Of a DNA stretch of 46,120 nucleotides, positions 1 through 9,271 are shown piece by piece (the first letter of the stretch is position 1; every line of letters begins with the position of its first letter). A model generated the notes under the pieces. The model searched no databases. It saw only the letters and a list, made by a program, of their open reading frames with translations, and had not been told where the DNA came from. Location of the stretch: assembly GCA_040756235.1 (NCBI GenBank), contig JBFLZG010000048.1, positions 1 to 46,120 on the forward strand, read 5' to 3'. The position numbers were made by a program, and so were the translations under genes. This stretch comes from a bacterium. GTDB lineage: Bacteria; Desulfobacterota; DSWW01.

Positions 1-122
1 GCTGTTCAGAAATGTCCAGATGCAAGGCGCGCGAAATCCTGAGGAATGAGGCGTACATGGGAGTACGCCGCAATGACGAAGGATGAGCGCAACGCCGCAG
101 ATGGGCATTTATGGACAGCCTC
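1..122 (+). repeat. Long-hairpin intergenic repeat, copy 1 (left end cut by window edge)
   Basis: GCTGTTCAGAAATGTCCAGATGCAAGGCGCGCGAAATCCTGAGGAATGAGGCGTAC...GTACGCC...GCAGATGGGCATTTATGGACAGCCTC aligns with the copies at 24999, 30032 and 37111. Confidence 0.9.
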
Positions 123-177
123 CTAGAGGGGCTCTGCTCGAAGGTTCAGACTCGCATATAAAAGAAAGGAAGAACCC

Positions 178-603
178 ATGAGTGCTCTCTATCCAAGTGA
201 CGAGTGGATCAAGGGTCTGCAGGCGGTATGTCGCGCGGACGATGGGTTCAGGAGCTCGTGCGGTGACTTCATGGGCAAATTCGTCTTCCAGATCGAGACA
301 GAGCCGGGGAAGCTGGAGCGGCCGGCATACCTTTTCCTGTGGGTGGACCAGGGTGACGCGAAGGAGGCCAAGGCCATGACCTCCCTGGATGAGGAGCCGG
401 ATGCCGAGTATGTGATTACCGGGAAGTACTCTGTCTGGAAAGGGGTGGTTCAGGGAAAGCTGGACCCTCTGCGCGCCATCATGACCCGGAAGCTGAAATT
501 GGTGAAGGGAAGTCAGTTCACGATTTTGAAGCAGGCTAAATTCGCCATGAGAATGATCAGCAACGCGACCAGGGTCGATACGGTCTTTGCGGACGAGAGG
601 TAG
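178..603 (+). CDS. SCP2 sterol/lipid-binding domain protein
   Basis: 141 aa; YPSDEW N-terminus and ITGKYSVWKGVVQGKLDPLRAIMTRKLKL, typical of SCP2 folds; AAGGAAG RBS upstream. Confidence 0.8.
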   Translation: MSALYPSDEWIKGLQAVCRADDGFRSSCGDFMGKFVFQIETEPGKLERPAYLFLWVDQGDAKEAKAMTSLDEEPDAEYVITGKYSVWKGVVQGKLDPLRAIMTRKLKLVKGSQFTILKQAKFAMRMISNATRVDTVFADER

Positions 604-641
604 GTGGAATTGCGGGGTGCAGATCGGGGAAAGGAGCCGCA

Positions 642-1436
642 ATGGTTTGCTTTGCGGGGATTGACATCGGGTCGACGACCGGAAAGGCGGTACTGATCGA
701 CGGCAATCGCAGGATCATGGGGACGACCATCATGGAGGCGACACCGTCGCCGGAGAAGACCGCCAGGATGTGCCTCGAATCTGTTCTGAGGTCTGCCGGC
801 GCGGAGGAGAAGGATATCGCCTACAGCGTGGGAACCGGGTATGGCCGGATCAAGATACCGTTTGCGGACGAGAACGTTTCCGAGATCACCTGCCACGCTA
901 CCGGGGCGAAGTGGCTTCGGCCGACGGTGAGAACCGTCGTGGACATCGGGGGCCAGGACTGCAAGGTCATTGCCGTGCGTGACGACGGGAAAGTGCGTGA
1001 GTTTGTCATGAACGACAAGTGTGCGGCCGGGACCGGCCGCTTCCTGGAAGGCCAGGCGCGAGTTCTGGGGGTGAGGATCGACGAGCTATCCGAGTTGTCC
1101 GGAAGGGCAACCTGCGCCGCCGTGATTTCCGCGCAATGCTCGGTATTCGCCGAGTCCGAAGTGATCACGCAGCTCAACGAAGGAAACAGCATAGAGAACG
1201 TCGTCGCTGGCTTACATGTCGCGATCGCGAGCCGGCTGAACAGTCTGCTCAAGCGTGTCGGGATCGAGGAGGATCTCACGGTATGCGGCGGATGTGCGAA
1301 AAATATCGGATTGATCAAGATCCTCGAGGAGAAGGTGGGTGTCAGGGTGGCCCGGTTGAATAAGGACCCTCAGATTGTCGGCGCGCTGGGCGCAGCCGTC
1401 ATCGCCCGGGCCAAATGGAAGGGGAGCCCCTCATGA
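642..1436 (+). CDS. Acyl-CoA dehydratase activase (HgdC/BcrAD-type ASKHA ATPase with 4Fe-4S)
   Basis: GIDIGSTTGK, TGYGR, SEITCH, DIGGQDCK, MNDKCAAGTGRFLE and CSVFAESE motifs. Confidence 0.93.
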   Translation: MVCFAGIDIGSTTGKAVLIDGNRRIMGTTIMEATPSPEKTARMCLESVLRSAGAEEKDIAYSVGTGYGRIKIPFADENVSEITCHATGAKWLRPTVRTVVDIGGQDCKVIAVRDDGKVREFVMNDKCAAGTGRFLEGQARVLGVRIDELSELSGRATCAAVISAQCSVFAESEVITQLNEGNSIENVVAGLHVAIASRLNSLLKRVGIEEDLTVCGGCAKNIGLIKILEEKVGVRVARLNKDPQIVGALGAAVIARAKWKGSPS

Positions 1437-1498
1437 AGCTCTGGCTGCGTTCAGGAGAAGTCGATCTTGGTCACGAAGGAGAGGAGAGAGGATAGATC

Positions 1499-2638
1499 AT
1501 GAAAGAGCTCGCCATCTTCATGGATTGTGTGAAGAAGACACTCAACCCGACGATGGAGGCTTGGAAGAATAGCGGAAAGAAGATCATCGGGTATGTGTGC
1601 ACCAACGTGCCCGAGGAGATCATCCTTGCTGCAGGCATGCTGCCGTACCGCATTCGAGCGCCGGAAAGCAGGGAAGTCAGCGAGTCGGACCGGTACCTGA
1701 CGTACCTCAATTGCAGCTATTGCCGGCATCTGGTGAGCGAGGCCTTGGGAGGGAAATATGACTTCCTGGACGGTTTTGTGGGGACCAACGGCTGCGACCA
1801 GATGAGGCGTATCAGTGATATCTTCCGAGCCGCCGCATTCAAGGAGCGCATCGAAGAGCGTTGCTTCCTGACGGAGTTCATCGGAGCGCCGCGGGTCCCG
1901 TTCGATAGCGCATCGGAGGAGTACTACAAGGGTGAAATGACGCGCATGAAGGAGAAGATCGAGGAGTTTTCCGGTGTGGAGATCACCGCAGAGGCGCTGA
2001 GAGAGGCCATCAAGAGGGTGAATGATGCGAGGAGATTGCTGCATGAGCTCTATGCTCTGCGAAAGACCGACGTGCCGCCGGTAAGCGGAGCGGAGTCCCT
2101 CGCCATTACCATCGCCTATTCGTGCATGCCCAAGGATGCGTTCATTGCGCAATTGAAGACGCTTCTGAACGGCCTGGCAGGCCGGGTGGCCGTGCCGAAA
2201 TACCGCAAGAGGATCTTCCTGTATGGAAGTGAGCTGGACGATCCTTCCTGGGTGCAGGTGATCGAGGACCAAGGTGGAATCGTCGTTGCGGACGGACTCT
2301 GTTTCGGAGCTCGCATGTTCTGGGATCTCGTCGATGAGTCACTCGAGCCTATGGCGGCGCTCGCGAGGAGATATTACACGCGATGGCCGTGCCCGCGCGT
2401 GACGGATCGGAAGGGAAGGCAGAAGCGAGTGCGGGAGGTGATCCGGGACTGGAAGGTCGATGGGCTCATCGGCGAGCGGCTCATGTTTTGCCAGCCTTGG
2501 GGCGCCGAGAGGGTTGCCACCGAGATGGAAAGCAGGGAGACGGGTATACCCAATCTGTGGCTGGACCGTGAGTACGTGCTGGGCGGGGTCGGTCAGATTC
2601 GGACCCGGGTTCAGGCGTTTCTGGAGAGCATGGAGTGA
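1499..2638 (+). CDS. 2-hydroxyacyl-CoA dehydratase family subunit (HGD-D)
   Basis: IIGYVCTNVPEEIILAAG, CSYC, NGCDQMRR, DGLCFG, FCQPWG and C-terminal GQIRTRVQAFLE. Confidence 0.88.
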   Translation: MKELAIFMDCVKKTLNPTMEAWKNSGKKIIGYVCTNVPEEIILAAGMLPYRIRAPESREVSESDRYLTYLNCSYCRHLVSEALGGKYDFLDGFVGTNGCDQMRRISDIFRAAAFKERIEERCFLTEFIGAPRVPFDSASEEYYKGEMTRMKEKIEEFSGVEITAEALREAIKRVNDARRLLHELYALRKTDVPPVSGAESLAITIAYSCMPKDAFIAQLKTLLNGLAGRVAVPKYRKRIFLYGSELDDPSWVQVIEDQGGIVVADGLCFGARMFWDLVDESLEPMAALARRYYTRWPCPRVTDRKGRQKRVREVIRDWKVDGLIGERLMFCQPWGAERVATEMESRETGIPNLWLDREYVLGGVGQIRTRVQAFLESME

Positions 2639-2659
2639 GCCAGAGAGGAGGAGATCCAT

Positions 2660-3964
2660 ATGACAGCTCCTGTGAAATACAACGCCAAGAAGTTTTTCGA
2701 CGTATTCAACGGCCTCCTGAAGGGAATCGAGGGGATGAATGCGGCGATGACGGATGTCGGAGACCCGAGGGAAGTCTGTATGATCGAGGTCATGAAGGTG
2801 TTCGAAAAGTACCTGAGAGATCTCTTCGCGGCAGTCGAGAGCGGGAAGAGGATCCTGTTCCACTGCGGCCTTCTGTCTCCGGAGATCTTTCTCGCGTTCG
2901 AAAACGTGCATCCTTACGCGATGGAGATTCCCTTCGTGATCCATTCGTTTCTGGATCCCGAGCACGCCAACGAGTTCATCGACATCGCAGAAGGCCTCGG
3001 TATGCCTCCTGATGTATGCTGCCTGGACAAGGGGTTCCTCGGTTTCAGCCTGCAGGAGGTGAACCCCCCGGCTGATGTCATCATCACGCCGACCACCCCG
3101 TGCGATTCTCTCATTTGCGGGCACCAGGTGCTCGAGAAGGTGATCGATGCCCCGTTCCTGTTTCTGGAAGTGCCGTACTGGCAGGATGAGAGGGGCGTCG
3201 ATCTTCTCAGCCACCACATATGGAAGGTCATCCGATCGGTCGAGGAGGTGTGTCATACGAGGCTGGATTGGGACAGGTGCAGGCAAAATGTCATACTGGC
3301 CAACGAGGCATTGGAAAGCTTCATCGAAGAGAACGAGATGCGGAAGCTCATCCCCTGTCCGCATCCGGGGAAACTAGGGACGATACAGCAAATCCTCAAC
3401 TATGCTGCGGCCGGAACATCCGAAGCGAGGGATGTCAGCAGGTTCATCGTGGAGGACTCGAAGAGGCTGGCTGCCGAGGGCCGGGGAGCCGTGGCCAACG
3501 AACGGGCCCGGATGACCTGGTACTATCCGGACCCGCTCCATGATTTGGGGCTCCACGACTGGCTGGAGGATGAGTACAGCTCCATCACGGTCATGACCAT
3601 GTTCGGCCATGCAACGCAGACCCTGATCGATCCGAGCACTCCTGAATCCATCGTGCGAGGGTGGGCATGGAAGATGCTCAACACGGCCATGACCCGGCAG
3701 CTCAGGGGCGCTTATGAATCGTTCATGGATGACTTGATGTGGGTCATGAAGGGCTGGAGCGTCGATGCAGCCGTTGTTCCTCTGGTCATTCCGTGCAAGC
3801 ATGCCCAGGCCTTGCACGGATTCGTGCGAAAAGCGTGCCGCGAACTGAATGTGCCGGTGTTGTTTGTCGAGTATGACCCGCTCGATCCCAGGCCAGTTCC
3901 CATGGAGGAGGTACGGAATAAGGTTTCTGAATTCATGGAGACGCAGGTGTTGCCTCTGAAATAG
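2660..3964 (+). CDS. 2-hydroxyacyl-CoA dehydratase family, second subunit (HGD-D)
   Basis: DIAEGLGMPPDVCC, TTPCD, LEVPY, PCKH, EYDPLDPR and KVSEFME; GGAGGAG RBS. Confidence 0.85.
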   Translation: MTAPVKYNAKKFFDVFNGLLKGIEGMNAAMTDVGDPREVCMIEVMKVFEKYLRDLFAAVESGKRILFHCGLLSPEIFLAFENVHPYAMEIPFVIHSFLDPEHANEFIDIAEGLGMPPDVCCLDKGFLGFSLQEVNPPADVIITPTTPCDSLICGHQVLEKVIDAPFLFLEVPYWQDERGVDLLSHHIWKVIRSVEEVCHTRLDWDRCRQNVILANEALESFIEENEMRKLIPCPHPGKLGTIQQILNYAAAGTSEARDVSRFIVEDSKRLAAEGRGAVANERARMTWYYPDPLHDLGLHDWLEDEYSSITVMTMFGHATQTLIDPSTPESIVRGWAWKMLNTAMTRQLRGAYESFMDDLMWVMKGWSVDAAVVPLVIPCKHAQALHGFVRKACRELNVPVLFVEYDPLDPRPVPMEEVRNKVSEFMETQVLPLK

Positions 3965-4027
3965 CCAAATGGATTCGATTGCCCTGCGGGCGACACGTAC
4001 AGAAGAAGAATCGAGAGGGCTCTCACC

Positions 4028-5104
4028 ATGGTGGATGTATACAGACGTCTGGCAAGAAGATTGGACGAGATGCCGAATCGGTTTCCGGCAACTGAGAGTG
4101 GTGTGGAGCTGAAGATCCTGCGCAAGATCTTCACCCCGCAGGAGGCCGAGACATGGTTGAGGATGAAGACGACTCCTGAGACAGTTGAGCAGGTGGCGGA
4201 CAGGCTCGGGAGACCAGTTCCCGAAGTTCAAGATCGTCTCGACACCATGGTGAAGAAGGGGCAGATCGGATCGTTCAAGTTGCTCGGGCAGCAGATCTAT
4301 GCGGCTTTTCCCTTTCTTCCCGGAATCTATGAATTTCAGTCGGAGCGGATGGACGAGGAGCTGGCTCGGCTGATTGAAGAGTATTACCCGAGGATCATGT
4401 CGTGTCTGGGCAGCTATGAACCGCGCCTGATACGGACGATTCCCGTCCGCGCCGGCATTCGGGCGGAGCAGCAGGTGCTTCTCCATGAGGACGTTCGCCG
4501 CATGATCAAGGAGGCCAAATGCTTCCAACTCGTGGAGTGCCTTTGCCGCAAGCAGATGGGGCTCCTCGGCAAGCCGTGCAGACATAAACTGGAGACATGT
4601 CTCATGTTTTCGAGCGAAGAGGATGCATTCCTGAAGTATACCCGAGGGAGGCTGGTGTCGAAGGAGGATGCGCTCGAAGTGGTGGAGGATGCCGGGGGGG
4701 ACGGTTTGGTCCACCTCACGGTGAATGTGCAAAGCAATCCCGTGATGTTCCTGTGTAATTGCTGCCCTTGCTGCTGCATCGGCCTGAGAGCGGTGAGGAA
4801 CCTGGAGGCTCCGTACCTGATGGCCGGGAGCGGTTTCGTGTGCAGAGTCGACGCTGAGGCTTGCTCTTCGTGCGGGGTTTGCGCAGATCGCTGCCCCATG
4901 GACGCCATTGTAGAAGAGCCGAGCGGCTATCGTGTGCTGGGCGAGCGGTGCATCGGGTGTGGAGTCTGTACCTCCACCTGCCCCTCGGATGCGATGACTC
5001 TTGTGAGGATGCATGGGGGGCAGTACGAGAAGCCACCTGCGAACCTGATGGAATTCGATACCATGAGGGCTGCCGGACGAGCAGGGGCGATGCTGCTGCG
5101 GTGA
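4028..5104 (+). CDS. 4Fe-4S dicluster (ferredoxin-like) domain protein
   Basis: CLCR and LCNCCPCCC, plus two CxxCxxCxxxCP motifs (CSSCGVCADRCP, CIGCGVCTSTCP). Confidence 0.88.
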   Translation: MVDVYRRLARRLDEMPNRFPATESGVELKILRKIFTPQEAETWLRMKTTPETVEQVADRLGRPVPEVQDRLDTMVKKGQIGSFKLLGQQIYAAFPFLPGIYEFQSERMDEELARLIEEYYPRIMSCLGSYEPRLIRTIPVRAGIRAEQQVLLHEDVRRMIKEAKCFQLVECLCRKQMGLLGKPCRHKLETCLMFSSEEDAFLKYTRGRLVSKEDALEVVEDAGGDGLVHLTVNVQSNPVMFLCNCCPCCCIGLRAVRNLEAPYLMAGSGFVCRVDAEACSSCGVCADRCPMDAIVEEPSGYRVLGERCIGCGVCTSTCPSDAMTLVRMHGGQYEKPPANLMEFDTMRAAGRAGAMLLR

Positions 5105-5123
5105 GGGGTTCGCTCACGTCGCG

Positions 5124-5210
5124 GTCCGAGTCGGCATGCGGGTCAAGGCGGTCTACTCGGACACGAGTCCCGGGAACATCCTGGACATCGACGATTTCCG
5201 GCCCTTGTAG
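5124..5210 (+). pseudogene. C-terminal remnant of a Zn-ribbon/OB-fold (DUF35-like) protein
   Basis: Manual translation VRVGMRVKAVYSDTSPGNILDIDDFRPL*, resembling DUF35 OB-fold C-termini; the N-terminal Zn ribbon is absent. Confidence 0.55.
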
Positions 5211-5267
5211 CCGGCCGTCCGGCAAGCCCATTCCCAGCCGCCTGCGAGAAGAAGGGGACGCCACACG

Positions 5268-5868
5268 ATGCAGTTCCAGCCGATCGACTATGCAGAGACG
5301 ACGAGCACCGCATGATCCAGGAGACCGCCCGCAGGTTCCTGGCCTAAAAACTCGCTCCCATGGCTGCCGACATCGACCGGGAGGAGCGGTTTCCCATGGA
5401 GGTTTTCAAGGGCCTGGCAGGGCTCGGACTTCTCGCGCTCATGGTGCCCGAGGCGTACGGCGGTGCCGGCCACCACGACGTGATCGGGACGGCGATCGTG
5501 GCCGAAGAGATCGCCAAGATCTGCGCCGGCGCACCTACACCTCGACCACCGGCCATGTCTTCTGCACCCATTAGATCGACAAGTACGGCACCCCGGAGCA
5601 GAAGGGGGAAAACCTGCCGCGGCTCGCCGGCGGCGAGTGGATCGGCGGCATGGCCATCACCGAGCCCGAGGCCGGCTCGGACGTGGCCTCTCTCAGGACA
5701 AGGGCTGCAAGGAACGGGGACCATTACGTCCTCAACGGCAGCAAGACCGGGTACGGCCACACGCGGGAGTTTCCGGTCGAGCGCTGGTTCCGGGATGCCA
5801 GGCTCTTCTCCATCGGCGGAGGGACTTCCCAGATCCAGAAGCTCATCGTCGCGAGGGCGCTGTCTTGA
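5268..5868 (+). pseudogene. Acyl-CoA dehydrogenase pseudogene
   Basis: EHRMIQETARRFLA*KLAPMAADIDREERFP (in-frame TAA), frameshifts, and AITEPEAGSDV...LNGSKT joined directly to the C-terminal GYGHTREFPVERWFRDARLFSIGGGTSQIQK. Confidence 0.88.
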
Positions 5869-5899
5869 AAAAGGCTGGAATCGGGACGCGTCCCTGGGG

Positions 5900-7852
5900 T
5901 CAGGACCTCTTCCTCGGCAGGTTGTGCTTCTTCATTTTCCTGTAAATGGTGGCTCTGGAGATCCCAAGCAACCTGGCGGCCTCCTCTCTCAATCCCTGGG
6001 TCTCTTCCAGTGCGTAGAGCAGAAGCTCCTTCTCCATCTTCAGGAAGGGCTTTTCGGGTTGAACGTCGGCGCAGGGAGGGCGGGCATTTCCCTGCAGGTA
6101 CGCGGGAAGATCTCCCGGCTGGATTTCCCTCCTGCCCGCCATGGCGACGGCATGTTTGAGGCAGTTCCGAAGCTCGCGGACGTTGCCGGGCCAGTCATGT
6201 GCCAGCAAGATCGCCGAGACTCCAGGGTCCGGCGGACTCTCCAGGTCGGCTCTTGTTCCTGAGAGCTCGTTCAGGATGTGGTTGGCCAGGCTCACGATGT
6301 CTTCTTTTCGCTCACGCAGGGGCGGGATCCGGATCCTCAACACGTTCAACCGGTAATAGAGGTCGCTCCGGAAGGTCCCTCTCTCTACCCCTTCCTCCAA
6401 CCTGGCTGACGTGCACGCAATGACCCTGGCGTCGACTTTGTGCACTTTCGCTTCCCCGACGCGAATGACTTCTCCGCTTTCCAGGAAGCGTAACAGCTTT
6501 GCCTGTATTTCGACGGGCAGGGAATTGATCTCATCCAGGAGCAGTGTCCCTCCGTCGGCGATCTGGAATTTTCCTCGACTGCCTTCCTTGCGCGATCCGG
6601 TGAAGGCCCCCCCGACGTAGCCAAAAAGCTCGCTCTCGACGATGTCCCGGGGAATGGCCGAGCAATTGATCGCCACGAACGGGCCCCCCGAACGGGAGCT
6701 GCTGTTGTGGATGGCATTTGCAAAGAGCTCTTTGCCGGTCCCTGTCTCTCCCTCCAGCAAGACGGTGAAGGAGTGCCGGGAGGAGGTCTTCGCCCATCGG
6801 ATCGATTGCTGGATCGCTTGCGAGTCGCCGACGATGTCCTCGAAGGTATATCCTGCAACATGTCCGTCTCTTTGAATGCCGCCGTCGGGGATCTGCTTGG
6901 CGGGATGCACCACAATGCTCGTGCCGGAGATGTTGCCCAGGGAGTCGTAAATAGGTGAGCAGCGGATGGGTGGACACTCCTCTCGGTTGTGCCCTTTCAC
7001 GCGGAACACCCTTGGGCAGGATTGCCCCGGGGCTGCAGCAGTATCTGTACGGATCTGGGGAAACACGGCCCCGACATCCCTTCCGATCACGTCGATCATC
7101 TTGAGCCCCGTGAAGGACTCAACCGCGGGGCTGCAAAAGATCACGATCCCTTCTCTGTTGGTGATGAGAATGCCGGTGGTCGAGAGTTGAGAAGCGATCC
7201 TGGGGTGAGAAACGGCTTCGCAAAGGGTGGAGAGATCTTCGGCGAATCTGAGCTCCGTCTCGATGGCGGAAGCAGCTCGCAAGAGCAGGGAGGAGAGATA
7301 GTCGAGGGTTTCTTCAGATGAATATTTCCTGTAGAGAGACGAGCAATCGATGGCTCCCAGAATCTTCCCGGTTCTGTCCCGGATGGGTGATGCCACCGAG
7401 GAAAAGCAGGAATAGAGCGCACAAAAGTGCTCGTGCCCTGCGACCTTGTGGGTAGCACCGTCTCGTATGGCCAGAGTGGGAGCCGTGGTCCCGACCTTTT
7501 CTTCCGCAAGGTGGGAACCTTTCCAGAGATTCAAAGAACGAAGCCTGTCGAAGAAATGTTGGTCGTTCGTATTCGCGTGGAGGGTGATGCCGTCTGCATC
7601 GAGGACGCCCCAGCCTATGCTCTGATCCCGAAGGTTGCCAAATGTCGCATCCAGTGTCCTCACTGCAATGTCGATGTACGCACGGTTGGATCGGATGCGG
7701 GCCTCGATCTCGTCAGCCCTCAGGACCGGGGGCAGATGTGGTCCGGATCGGTCGAGCCCCCTGGTCTTGCACCGGCTCCACGATTCGAGGATACTTTTCT
7801 GAAAGTTCTTTACATCGCTCTCCGTGAGGGACTGTTCCGGCAATTTCTGCAT
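5900..7852 (-). CDS. Sigma54-dependent transcriptional activator (GAF-PAS-AAA+-Fis HTH, AcoR-like)
   Basis: ESWSRC GAF start, GETGTGKE, ESELFGYVGGAFTG, LLLDEI, FRSDLYYRL, WPGNVREL and C-terminal AARLLGISRATIYRK. Confidence 0.93.
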   Translation of the reverse strand: MQKLPEQSLTESDVKNFQKSILESWSRCKTRGLDRSGPHLPPVLRADEIEARIRSNRAYIDIAVRTLDATFGNLRDQSIGWGVLDADGITLHANTNDQHFFDRLRSLNLWKGSHLAEEKVGTTAPTLAIRDGATHKVAGHEHFCALYSCFSSVASPIRDRTGKILGAIDCSSLYRKYSSEETLDYLSSLLLRAASAIETELRFAEDLSTLCEAVSHPRIASQLSTTGILITNREGIVIFCSPAVESFTGLKMIDVIGRDVGAVFPQIRTDTAAAPGQSCPRVFRVKGHNREECPPIRCSPIYDSLGNISGTSIVVHPAKQIPDGGIQRDGHVAGYTFEDIVGDSQAIQQSIRWAKTSSRHSFTVLLEGETGTGKELFANAIHNSSSRSGGPFVAINCSAIPRDIVESELFGYVGGAFTGSRKEGSRGKFQIADGGTLLLDEINSLPVEIQAKLLRFLESGEVIRVGEAKVHKVDARVIACTSARLEEGVERGTFRSDLYYRLNVLRIRIPPLRERKEDIVSLANHILNELSGTRADLESPPDPGVSAILLAHDWPGNVRELRNCLKHAVAMAGRREIQPGDLPAYLQGNARPPCADVQPEKPFLKMEKELLLYALEETQGLREEAARLLGISRATIYRKMKKHNLPRKRS

Positions 7853-8456
7853 CCTTGCGGACCCTCCTGCGGGGATGTGAGGTGAGTCCCGACCGTGGTG
7901 CAGGAAAGGTCCTTCTCCTACACAGACATCGTTGTTCTTCGGATCCGCAGGCCTGACGTCACGGCCTGCGGATCTCTTGCGGCCAAGAGCTCGTTCCCAG
8001 CAAGCTCATGCTGGTCTTCTGCGGCCACGGGTAGAAACAGGGAATGCGGCCGGCTGGCTTCTCGTCCGGAAAGGATATTAAACTCGGTATTCGTGCCGAG
8101 TCAAGAAAATCCTTCTACAGATCGTGAGGGCTTCATTTCGACGCTGCCAGTCTGCCTGACTGAGCAGGTCGAATGGAGGCCTTCCGAGACTTGTATGTGG
8201 ATCGGGATGATCAAAGATTTCGCCGTCGAGCCATGGCGACCGGATGCGATAATCGTGGTGGCAGTCTTTGGTCCGACATTACTGGTGCCGCGGACATCGA
8301 CGCCCATGGTCACGGGAAGGTCTGGGGGCAAGCCCAAGGTGGAAGGGATGTGGGCAGGGACATGGCCGGGTTCGTGCTCGGGTTCAGCGGAAGCGTGAAA
8401 GATGAACGCGCGCAAGAGGCCAAGTGCGAGTGCTGCTATGCAGCCTCCGAGCTGGC

Positions 8457-8720
8457 TCAATTTTCGCCTTCAGGTCCTTCCCTCTTAGGTTCTTCCTTTG
8501 AATAAGTGATTCTGTTTTTGCCGCCGTCGCACGAACCAACTACCTCTTGATCTGTAACCTCGCCTGCAGAGACGATTTCGAGGGTATAATTAACCACACC
8601 TTTGGCCTGCAGCTTTGCGTCGATCTCATCCTTCAGCTCGTCGCAGGGTTTTATCTGAGCTGATGCGGGAGCACAGATGAGTAATGAAAGGACGATCAGA
8701 GCAGAGGACAAGCGTTTCAT
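8457..8720 (-). CDS. DUF1161 (YnfD-like) small secreted protein
   Basis: Signal peptide, then KPCDELKDEIDAKLQAKGVVNYTLEIV...VVGSCDGG with the two conserved Cys. Confidence 0.8.
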   Translation of the reverse strand: MKRLSSALIVLSLLICAPASAQIKPCDELKDEIDAKLQAKGVVNYTLEIVSAGEVTDQEVVGSCDGGKNRITYSKEEPKREGPEGEN

Positions 8721-8922
8721 CGACTACCCCCTTGTTTAAAAAAAGATCATTACCGGCCGGGAGTATGGAGGAAGGCAATCCTGCATGTCAAGTGAACCGG
8801 AACCTCCGTGCACGGACTTCGGGCATCGCCGGCGCGACGAGTGGCGGCGGAGGACGTGACGGAGCGAGACGGGTCTCGGCTTGTGCGGCCGTCCTGACGC
8901 ACGCACCGCAGGAGGGCAGCAC

Positions 8923-8960
8923 AAAAAGACAAAGGGGCTAGCGTCGTCACGCTAACCCCT
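8923..8960 (-). terminator. Intrinsic terminator / tRNA trailer after tRNA-Glu
   Basis: Minus strand AGGGGTTAGCG-loop-CGCTAGCCCCT followed by TTGTCTTTTT. Confidence 0.65.
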
Positions 8961-8968
8961 GATTTCCC

Positions 8969-9044
8969 TGGCGGTCCCAGAGGGTTTCGAACCCTCGTCT
9001 CTGGCGTGAGAGGCCAGTATCCTAGGCCGCTGGACGATGGGACC
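8969..9044 (-). tRNA. tRNA-Glu (CTC)
   Basis: GGTCCCATCGTCCAGCGGCCTAGGATACTGGCCTCTCACGCCAG...GGTTCGAAACCCTCTGGGACCGCCA; cloverleaf, 76 nt, encoded CCA. Confidence 0.95.
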
Positions 9045-9073
9045 TGTTGCGCCTGAAACAGACTTTGAAATGA

Positions 9074-9147
9074 TGGCTGGGGGACTAGGATTCGAACCTA
9101 GGTAGCCAGATCCAGAGTCTGGAGTCCTGCCGCTGGACGATCCCCCA
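9074..9147 (-). tRNA. tRNA-Gln (CTG)
   Basis: TGGGGGATCGTCCAGCGGCAGGACTCCAGACTCTGGATCTGG...GGTTCGAATCCTAGTCCCCCAGCCA; 74 nt. Confidence 0.95.
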
Positions 9148-9190
9148 GTGGGCGGCGGCACGGACGCCGCCGCGCTTCCCATGGAGCGCC

Positions 9191-9221
9191 ATTATACGTT
9201 CCGGATGTGGGGTGTTGTCAA
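9191..9221 (-). promoter_or_regulatory. Sigma70 promoter for the tRNA-Gln/tRNA-Glu pair
   Basis: Minus strand TTGACA-19 nt-TATAAT followed by a GC-rich GGCGC discriminator. Confidence 0.65.
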
Positions 9222-9271
9222 GGCGCGCCGGCCGGGAAAGCGGAGGAAAGCTGCACAGCGGCCACGGTTTT

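Noticed and set aside
5102..5210. Selenocysteine or readthrough of the 4Fe-4S gene TGA into the downstream remnant
   Set aside because: The DUF35-like remnant is in a different frame and no SECIS-like hairpin was evident.
7895..8460. ORFs 8101-8460 (-), 7895-8398 (+) and 8173-8505 (+)
   Set aside because: Mutually overlapping with no recognisable family. The minus ORF has a signal-like start and could be a decayed gene, but it is unsupported.
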